A DNA stretch of 64,000 nt. Origin: Moniliella sp. 'wahieum' (lineage: Eukaryota). This document shows, piece after piece, positions 48,826-59,100 of this stretch. The translations under genes and the position numbers were made by a program. Each line of letters opens with the position of its first letter. The first letter of the stretch is position 1. The stretch spans positions 248,001 through 312,000 of the forward strand of contig RSEE01000008.1 of NCBI GenBank assembly GCA_003971905.1, in the 5' to 3' direction. The notes below the pieces were generated by a model. The model saw only the letters and a program-made list of their open reading frames with translations, had not been told where the DNA came from and did no database searches.

Positions 48826-51800
48826 TTTAAGTGGGTGGAGGGACGCGTCGACGCGACTCTGTCTTATGCCCGATAGTTGGCGCAGCCAGCCCCGTCACGT
48901 GCAGGTCGGGGAGCAGTAGGGTTACACACTTTCTTTGCCTCCTCGCATATGGTAATAGAAGACCAATGGTAAAATAGTTAACCAATGGTAAAAGCGATAA
49001 TCATTGACAACGTAACTGAGTATCGCTCCCATAACTAGAACTTCTATAACAACGGTGTCACATGTCAGCGGAGATAGTGTCGTTAACGATATGAAGAGAG
49101 ATGTATAAAGACCGGGAGTACACTGTTGATTATGTGATGTCGATCCATGACTTAGTATTAGAGTACTATATACTGTGGTAGCGCATCCACGATAACGTGA
49201 TAACGGAAGAGGAGAGCGACATGGTTGTTCTGGGGCGATTCAGTTGGCTCCGGGGAAGTATAGACAGCCCCACATCGTAGATCTCTAATCGAAACACACG
49301 TCAGTCCCGCTAGACTAGCGAAGTCGCCATCAACGGTAAAATGACCTTAATGATCCATGATCCACGCGGCAGATCTCCTCCGCAGCCGGCGATCCATGTC
49401 CACACACACAGGCCCAATGTGATGCTACGATGCTCCCTACCCATTGCGTCCAATTTGGGGCGAAACCCTTCATCTGTGCTGCGCACCGAGACGGGACAGT
49501 GTCTATTAGAAGCTCTGGAAAACACCGCTCAATATTCAATAGGCCTTATGTTGATCCCCTCTACTGGAACCAGCTCTAAAATGGTATCTAAGTAGTCTAC
49601 TTCTGTTATATCACTGTGCAGCAGCGTCAGGCCCTCATGTGTGCGGTGCTGAAGGGCACTGAGGACTGAGCGCGGACCGGATCTCAGCAGATAAGATCGA
49701 TGACCCATGATCGATGATCTCAGAGAGATAAGCCAAAAAGCACCTGCCCACGTCGGAGTGGCAACCACCGGATGCGGTTATACCTCCGACGCACAGTCTT
49801 CTTTTCGTATCGCACCCATCGCATTGTTTGAAAGCAACAAATGTACAAAAATGTACTTTTTTGTTGTGTAAGTTCATGCATGAACATGTAATTAAGGATG
49901 CTTTTTGAGAGCGCTCCTCCTGAGCCCATGCAGCTCTTGGTCAGTTCAGAGGCGGCTGAGCTCTCTCGGCGCTCAGCGTTTCTCCCTTCGAGCACGCAAC
50001 CGCAACAAAATATACATTAGAGCCTTATTCCCAGCAAAATGAATACGTGATTATCTATAGAGCTCTCTGTTCTCCCTATACAAAAACCCTGCCGAAGGTG
50101 GTAAACGCGTGTATCCCGAAACCGCGGGGAACCGGGGGTAACTTGTATACCCTCCCCGGTAACTGTATCATCCTCTTACTCCGTCCGTATCGGTCGCGGC
50201 TTGTACATCAGAGGCTCGCTCAGCGCTCAATGCTCATCTCGATCTCATCGATCTCACCTCTCATCCCTCATCCGGGGTGTGACGATTGCTCGTACCAACC
50301 TACAAATCGAAGGAGGCCAGTGGAGCCTCCAGCTCAGGACGCTCTGCCCCGCTCGTCTTCCGCTTTTCCAAATATGATGTAGCGCGGTGCGTGTGAACCA
50401 TAACAATGAGAGCGTGGTATGCATGTGTGAGAAGCGCTGAGCCCGATGTTGATAAACCAAAACCACAAAATGGGACTCCTCACAGTGTGTGAAGGGTTGT
50501 TTCCAATGCTCAAAAGCATTTGTCGGCCGCTTCTTGATGTTATATAGTACCCACGTGTGTTATGTGGCCACAAGCCTTGTCGCATCCGCTTCTGATCCAA
50601 CAACAGGGTCGAATTAGAAGCAACTCCTCCCGGGGTTCCACAGGCGTTTTGTCTGGTTTCTTCGTGTATATTATGCACCTTCCGGGGGGACGCAAAACCG
50701 TAGCCTATTTAGTGCCCGAACTAAGATCATCATAGTCCTCAAGGCCTTAAACGCCTCTCAGAACCCACTATGCCTCTCACTAGTCTCGCTCCACAGGGTC
50801 ATTTACAGAGATGCTGTGGCCTGTTGGGTGGCCGGTGGTGGCCGGTGGCCCTAGGATGCCGCCAGGCAAACGCTGTTAATGTGATCCGCTTGGGTGATCA
50901 TATCGAGATCATCGGTTGATTGCCAGCTTCCTCCCACCTCCTCTTCTTGAAGCTGGGAGGGAGTGTGTGTCTACAGCAGGTATCGAGTATCGGTGTGGCC
51001 CTGCACGTGACATGTGACATCTGCATCTGACGCGTGACGTGTGATTCCCACGAGAAAGGGTTGCCAGTTTAGGTAACAGGTAACCGAAGTAACCGGGTAC
51101 CGGTTACCGATTATCGATTACTCATGGCTAACGTGGTAACATGGCAACACCAGTAGCACAGTAGGTACACTCCAAAATGCGTTGTATGTTCCCTGCTCCA
51201 GCTACCAGCTACCAAAATACACGATCTCAACTGCCACAGACCTTTGAGGCTCAGCGGCTCAGCGCCGCTCAGCTGCAGCGCTCAACTGAGCCTCAGCACT
51301 CAGCTTGAGCCTGCTTGAAGCTTGAACGCTTGAACGCCAACGCCGCTGAGGCGGCCTTTCCCCATCAGCCGTGGTTTGCATGTGCATGATGCATGACAAG
51401 ATCTAAGAGACTATACAGACGGCAGTTTGCGAAAATTGAGGACTGTGTGGACCTAGCGGCCCAAGTCCGGCGGCCGGTGGTGGCGCGGTGAAGACGGTCT
51501 AAAACGTTACACGTCAAACGTTTTATACCGCGCACACTCACAACAGCACACCCAGTTCTACTCAGTGCTGAGGCTCAGCGCTCAGTGCTCAGTGTGCTCA
51601 GTACACTCTTCGGATACTCAGGTGGTGCACTGAACATGTCACACGTGTGACAGAGGGTATTGCCTGGTACGGCAGGCATGGACACTGCCGGGGCCTTGTG
51701 CCGTCCCTTCTCGGCAATGTGTGGCGCCGGGCTTGGGAGGCTTGGGCCATGCACGATACGGAACGCTGATCTCAGCGATGATCGATGATCGATCATCCAC

Positions 51801-52910
51801 CCTTCCAACGAACACTTGCCTGAAGCAGAAAGGATCGGATCCAATGTCTCGAAAATCTGTTGGTGGAGGGGCACAGCAAACCTAGGCCCTAATTGTGACT
51901 ACTATGTACCGGAGCCTTTTTTCGTCTTCAGGGATCGAAGCGATCCTAGTGATCTTCCCTGGGATCCGAGGACTGACTCTGGCCGCTGTGACTGTAGGAC
52001 TGGCGGTCTATGTAGGACTCGTGACTGTGATCATAAATAGTACTGTAACATGTATAACAAACAGAAGACACGGGATATAGTGTGTGACCGGTGACCTCTT
52101 GGCTGCATGTGGGATACTCGATACGCTACCATCCTGCGTCTTACAGCGCTTAACGACAGTATAGGTCCGACCCCCCCTCCCCTTCCAGGCATCCCTTGAA
52201 CGGAAGTCTTAAACGTCCATCTCCTGCCGGCCGGCACCAGGCTCCCGACGGCACACCCTCTCTGTTACAGTCCCAGGTCCCATTTATTATTTTGGTGTTG
52301 GATGAGATTGAGAGACAATGTCAGGAGTGAGAAGATGATCGATGACATGCAAAAGATCGTGGTGGTGTGGTCGCACTTACGTGTCGTAATTTCTCGGCTA
52401 GACCCAACGCCCCGCCCGTTGAACTCATTTTGCCGTCTGTGTCCCACCGACCCCTCTTGTCCGTGCTGCAGTGGTGGCTTTCGGTGGCTACAGATGTTCT
52501 CATCCACCCTCCCCCTTGGGTTGCCGGTGACGCGTTGGCGGGTGGGTGTGTATCGAGTATCGATATCTGGCGTTTAGTGCTACCTTCACACGCCATCATG
52601 CATCAGATCTGTCCGATCTCTCAGATCTCAGGAACAGTCAATAGTCAATGAGTAATGAAGGCCCTGCGAGGGTGCATGTGAGAAGACCCAGTCGGGAACA
52701 CAACGACCGACGAAGATGTTGTCGGCGTGACAAAATACGTGGGAAGGGGGATGTATATATAGTAGCCGTTTCGGTTTCCACGCGCGCGAAACATATTCGC
52801 GAGCCCTATCCTCACCATCACCTTCTCTCTCGCTTTCTTTTTGGCTGTAGGTTGGCTCTGCAATCATTTGACAACACCCTCCGGTTACTTCAATCCGCTT
52901 TTTTGTTATC

Positions 52911-55259
52911 ATGCCTCCCTCTTGGCCGCTGGCTCCGCCCCCTTCAGCTTTGGATCTCATGCGCTCCAACACTCCCAGTCCGTTGCCTACACCCAGCGGC
53001 GAACAGGTGGGCGATCGACCCCGCTCAACATCGCATGATGATTATGTTGATGCTATTGATCCTTCGCCCTCTGTCACCGAGAACGCTCGTTCGCCCAGTC
53101 CTGGCAACTACCTCTCGCCCACACGAGGTAATGGTCTCGGGCCAAGTCGATCGTTCCTTCTTCCTCCTAGGGCCCCAGCGCTGCTTGGGACGTCGTCTGC
53201 GGCTTTGAGTGTCTCGAGCAGCTGGACAAAAATCCCAATGGACTCCTGCTGTGTCTGCGGAATTCCTCACCAAGGCATCTCAAGCGTCAGGTTACTCCTC
53301 TTCTGGATTGGACTTGCCTACACTCCCGCTCCACCCGGGATCCCGCCCGCAACATGCTCCCGTTCTGATTCAAGCGCAAGTAAAGAGTCCAAGTTCTCCG
53401 AGATCCAAAAGAAAGACTTGAGTCAGGAGACGGTGCTAGATGGTCCTCTGCATGTCCCATCACAGAGCAAGAAGCGCCCTTGGTGGCTCAGATCCCTCTC
53501 AACTCCGGTGCGGGAACAACCGATTCGGGCCAAGAAGCTGTACACCGAATTGGAGAAGGTTCAATCGTCTCGGGTTGCGCTGCGCCGCCGTCGCTGGGTA
53601 GTAATTGCGGCCATTGCTCTTGCAATCGTCGTTCATTACGGCTTTGGGCGTTGGCTTGGGGGTGGGGCTGAAGAAGAAGCATCATCCGCACAATCAACCT
53701 GCCCTACCTTCCCTCAGTACTGCCGACAACTTAGTGGACGACAGCCAGGCTGGCCTGTTGCAAAACGGTGCCTACCATACGTCATACACTAATGTGAGCA
53801 GTGCTCTGCAGTTTAACGCAGCTACAACGTTTACGTTTGCCTCAGCTCCTCCAGCGGGTGGAGCGGACGTGGTGTTACAGCGAGGTACGGGACGGACATG
53901 CATGGATTCGGGGCATCTATGACAGACGCTTCGGCCATTGTCCTCACCCAACTAAAAGTTGCCAACTTGCGGACCTACCAAGCGACGCTGAAAGCATTGT
54001 TTAATCGTCGTTCAGGCATGAGCGTCCTTCGAATTCCAATTGGAGCCACTGACTTTTCCACTCACACCTATACTTGGGCCGACAGTCAAGCAGGGGGGGT
54101 AAACGCCACCCCTTCTGCCGCCTTGGCCAACTTGAATGCCCAGCCCGCCATTGAAACCATCTTTCCTGTTCTCCGAGATTTTGGAGGTCAACCCAGATAT
54201 CAAGCATGATCCTTCCTTGGAGTCCACCGGCGTGGATGAAAAAGTGGGGAACACTTGAGGGGCGGGCCATGGCGCAAATGCCACCAACTATGTGGTGGAA
54301 TATGGCCCAGTCGGCCAAGGCGTTTACTCAGGCGGTTGGAGTACAACGTGGCGTTGAGGTACAGAATAATACCAACCGACTCGTATCCCTCGCATCATCT
54401 CTCCGGAACAAGAGCTAACTCTCCTCGCTCTGCTGCGTGGGCGCATGGCTGAGTTGGGTATGGGCAACACCAAATTGGTGGGATTGGAGGATGATACCGT
54501 ATACTACACAACGGCTCTTCACCTGCTCAATAACAATGCGTCAGCTGTCGATGCTATCAGCTGGCATTGTTACAACGGTGGCTACGATATGATCGATACC
54601 GTATGTGTATTCACTCTTTTGCTTTTTGGCCACGGTACTGAGTACTCATAACATTTGTTTCTTTTCTGGCCAAAACACAGTTCACTTCGGATGCCAAGGA
54701 TCTGATGAATGGAAAAGAGCTGTTCTTTACTGAATGTTCAGGACTTGCTGAAAACTCCCCCTACGAACAGGAGTGGGTGAGCAGCGCCCAATGGTGGATG
54801 ACCCAACTGCTGCTCCCCATCATGGAACGCAACTTCACTGTTGCACTAGCCTGGAACATTGCTTTGGACAACAATTTTGGACCCCGGTTGCCCGGCGCGT
54901 ACTGTGACAATTGCTTTGGGGCGATCCAAGTTGAAGGGAAAGAGGCGTACACTGCATCGCCTCAGCAGGCTTTATTGGCCCACTTGGCCTTGGCCAGTGC
55001 CAACCTGACACGCTTCGGGGGTGGGGCAGCACACCATACACCCATTTATTTGTCTTCTTCTCAAGCGCAAGACTGCTTGCTGGCCAGCGCCTTTACGGCT
55101 CCTTGGGGGCGCGCAGCCAATGTCACCAACCGGTATGGTCTCGTGATGCATAACACGTGCAGCAACCTTACCGAGATTAGCGTTGCGATGGAGACCACAG
55201 GCCAAGCCGAAACGCTCCAAGTGCCGTACGGTGTATCTACATTTGTATGGTCATCTTGA
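52911..55259 (+). CDS. Glycoside hydrolase family 30 (beta-1,6-glucanase/glucosylceramidase-like) with N-terminal tail and single TM anchor; frameshifted
   Basis: GFGASMTDASA, LRIPIGATDFS, PWSPPAWMK, ISWHCYNG, LFFTECSG (nucleophile Glu), WNIALDNNFGP...CDNCFGAI. Intron 54601-54680. TM RRRRWVVIAAIALAIVV...GLGVGLGVGLKKK at about 53580-53680. Confidence 0.9.
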
Positions 55260-56430
55260 TGATTCTGGCTTTGTCCCTCCTCGTGGAAGAATCACCATCC
55301 TCTACGCCATGCAATCGTCGCCAATCCGCTCGTAACTCGCCACATCCGTGCTCACTATGTTCATCTCGTGTGATTCTTCCCTCGCCATCGGCCACCGCAC
55401 ACTGCACACCTATCAACTACTTTTTTGTTCATCAGTCCCCTGTACACCTTCCTCCTCTATACACGGACGATCCATCGCCTTACCAGTCATCGACCTCTCT
55501 GCCACAGTATAATCATCGCTCCACGTTCATGTTCCGTCGCTGTCGTACTCTCTCATCCTCTTTCATATCATACTGACATTTTGTGTATCAATACACGGTT
55601 TCTCGAGACATATATCAGTCGGGATGGGGGGTCATTTGGCCTGCTATGGTATAGTGAGAAATTAGTTTGTACAAGCGCGGCTTTTACTGTTGCTGAGCTA
55701 GTAGTTGCGTCCCTCAGCTATGTCCAGCACATATATCTTCTCTTGTTCTCTAAAGAGCGGTCGCGTGCCGCAACATGATCCTCCCCGCACCGCACGGCGC
55801 CCAACTTCTTTGGTGCCTCCCTCTCTCCCCGCGGTTTTCTTCCAGCCAAGTATCCCCTTCCCCATAGGTCATTCATTCTATGTATACTCTTCGTGCCTCG
55901 TCATTAATTTCGTCGTCATTTCGACTCCTACAATTCCAGCTCTCATGATCTAATCACTCTCAATAGATAAACCCCAGTCTGGTCTTCCCCCCAGTTGCCT
56001 GCTACTTCCTGTGGTCCCGATTATTTATCTGCTGTGGCTTGGGCAAGCGATCACGCGGTCATATTGTGTTCTGCCGTTTTCCGGTTCCGACAGGTTCCAA
56101 GTATTCACGAGAGACGATTGGCGGGCAATGGTAACCGGTAATGGTAGCGAGCATCGAGGGCAACGTCGCGCGTCATAGTCACGTGCCAGGCGATCACGTG
56201 CTGTCGGCTGATTCCGGGTAGGAGATCGGACCAGCAGCCGCAGCGCTCGGCCGCTGTGCTCAGCCACGGCGCCCAGCGGCAGGTAGCTTACAAATGGCAC
56301 GGCAGCAGAGGCCAAGGCGGTAGCACGGGGGCAGTGTCATCGCACGTTTGTTCCGGGCCTACTTGGTCATGGTCTGCTCCACGGCTGCTTCCGCACCACC
56401 ACACCCCTCCCCACCCCGCCCCCTGTGATA

Positions 56431-56986
56431 ATGTCCCTCACCAGCTTTGGCGAGCCAGAGACGAGCACCGGCATGTTCGGTGCCGTCACGAGCTTTGTGT
56501 CCTCCTTCCTCCCCACTGTTCACGCCGAAGAGGAGGAGGAGGAGAGAGCGAGGAGGAAGAGGAGGACGACGAGCCCGTCGACCCCCGCGAGGAGATCTTC
56601 GCTGCATGTGAAGAGAAGGACTGCAGTTCGGCCAAGCACCACTTTGAGGAATGCCAAACCCGCGTTGAGGGTGGCAAGCTTCTCTTCGAGGGCGAGGACT
56701 GCATCGAGGAGTTGTATGTGTCGTCGCCGGATCTTGTGCTCACTCTGGAAGCATCTTTCATGCGGACAACTCTCTCAGGCTCTGATACGCTGACACTTTG
56801 TTACACTACTCTTTTTTTACTACTCTGCTCTTTGTTTGGCCCATTTCTTTTTCATCAAGCTGTACGTCCCCCTCGCGCTCTACGCTCTACGTGCATCAAT
56901 AACTGACCAGGTTTTGCATCCCAGTCCACCTTACCCACTGCGCAGCCGAGTGCACCGCGCCCAAGCTGTTTGCCAAGCTGGCTTAA
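56431..56986 (+). CDS. QCR6: Cytochrome bc1 complex subunit 6 (hinge protein), with 2-nt microexon
   Basis: Acidic N-terminus VHAEEEE..DEPVDPREEIFAACEEKDCSSAKHHFEECQTRV...EDCIEE, spliced to FFHLTHCAAECTAPKLFAKLA* (TAA 56984-56986). One indel in the GAG run near 56545. Confidence 0.95.
56860..56861 (+). other. 2-nt microexon (CT) of QCR6
   Basis: CATCAAG|CT|GTACGT. Introns 56714-56859 and 56862-56924 each have their own donor, CTGAC branch and AG. Inclusion gives GAG TT|CT|TC CAC = E-F-F-H. Confidence 0.8.
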
Positions 56987-57604
56987 GCACGCAACAAACC
57001 CGGTCCCGGTCAAGTTGATGCCCCATTGTCACTTTACCAGCTCGGATTTTGGTGCAAAATACATGCAGATCTACTTCACGTGCCTGTTATTCGGCTACTT
57101 TTCCGATGAAGGCTTTTGCTGGGAAGACGAACACGTTGGTGTCCTTCCCTTCACAAACGCTCCTCGGTCCTTTGGTACGGTAAAGAGAGGTGTACGCGGC
57201 TACGCATCCAAGTGATATGGCTTGAACGCTGTGGGCACCTAGCGTTAGATTCAAAAGGACGAGGCGTATATAGGACGAGTGACGGGGGGTGGGACAGAAC
57301 AGAAAGCCATGGAGCAGAGGGAATGGGAGGGAAAGGAACGAAACAAAAATGAGGAACAGTGCAAAGCAGGGGTGGCACTTCAGCATCCCCTTCTGTGGCC
57401 ATGATCCATCTCAGTAAAAGTGCTTAGGTCACAGAGGACAAGAACCGATCGGGATCCAAGCAAGCGAAAGTTCATGGAGGTGCCGAGAACATCGAGCGAA
57501 GGGCAGATGCGGCCATTGGACAGTCTCAGGAGTAGAAAAGGGGATAATATGGAGAGGTGAACGGGAGCGAGTTAGACAGAAGAAAAAGAGAAGAGAGAAG
57601 AATG

Positions 57605-58280
57605 TCAACAGTTGCAAGAGTCTTCCGTCTCGGCTCCTCCCCTTAGGTCCACCCCGCCGCGGTTGGGATTTGCCCGGGCAGCAGGAGAGGAAGCACTGGT
57701 GCGCGGAAGCTTCTCGGCAATCAGACGGAACAATTCAGTCACGTTGTTGCCTGACTTGGCCGACGTTTCAATAAAGAGGAGCCCTTCTTGGGCCGCGTAT
57801 GCCTCAGCCTCCTCTGTCGGCACGGCCCTCGTTTCCGAGGCCAAGTCAGCTTTATTGCCAGCGAGAGCAATGATAATGTTGGCATCTGCTTGGCGGTGTA
57901 GCTCGGAAATCCATTCCTTGGCTTTAGCTAAAGACGTCTAAGGACGCGGCGGGGGGAGGGGGTTAGCGAAACCCAACACAGATAGAGTCACAACGTACTG
58001 GCTGAGTCACGTCGTACACCACCACCGCGCAGTTGGCATTGCGGTAGTACATGGGCGCCAGTGACTTGTACCGCTCCTGGCCGGCCGTATCCCAGATCTC
58101 AAATTTGACAATGGTGTTGTCATCGAGGCGGATGGACTGGGTGAGGAAAGCAGCCCCAATCGTCGACTCGCGGTAGTCGTCAAACTGGTCCTTGACGAAG
58201 CGCATGACGAGCGAACTCTTCCCCACGGCCGACTCGCCGAGCAGGACCAGCTTGTACTGGAATGTCTGTGGTGCGGACAT
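57605..58280 (-). CDS. Rab5-family small GTPase (Ypt52/Ypt5-like)
   Basis: [62 protein letters not shown]-terminal CNC* prenylation motif. Intron 57938-57998 (GTACGT..GCTAAC..TAG). Confidence 0.97.
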
Positions 58281-59100
58281 GGGGGCAGGGGGAGGCAGGC
58301 AGACAGCTGGTGGGGGTGGTGGCGGTGGCTGAGTACTGCGACGGCCAAGGAGACCGGCAGCGTGGTGGTCTGCCTGGCTGGCTGGGTCGTCGTGACATGT
58401 GACATGCGACAACGGCCGCGACTGCGCGGGTGACGCGGCACAGGCGCCATGCGGGCACGGCTACGTCACCATCAGATTAGGTAATAGTCAGTTACCTTTC
58501 TCTGAGGCGCTGACGTTGGACTTGACATTTTGTGGGAAAAGTGTATCGCGTATCTCTTTTTCCCACAATACACCACCAATTCATATCAGCCGTCGTCGCG
58601 ATATCGATCCGCGGCCCTGGCGCATCCAAGCACCAAGCACTGGAACAAACCATACACATTGCTGTGCCAGTGGTAACTTCTCTCTAAAGCATCCTGCATG
58701 GCATAGGTGTCAATTGTGGTGGAAAAAGACGGGCCTAAAGGTTTGAGTGTTTATCACAGGAGAGAGAAAAGGGAGTAATGTTGATGATGAAGAAATCTCG
58801 AACATACTAATAAGCATGAGGAGAGGGTGTAGAGAGAGAAGTATCTGTGCATGCCATGGTCATGAAACGCGCCCAAACCTCTGACTTTCCACAATGGAGA
58901 CGGCGAGAGATGTGATGATGGAGGAACAGGGCGGCCTGATTTTGTACGCGCGCCATAACCTCTGCAATGCTGTTGCGACTCTGAAGAAAAAGGAGCCATT
59001 ATATGGTGCCGGGAAAGAGGACGTCGTCCAGAAAAAGGAGAGAAACGAGATAAAGTCAGGTTGGGGAGTGAAGGTACAGAGGTACTTATTGATATGGTGA

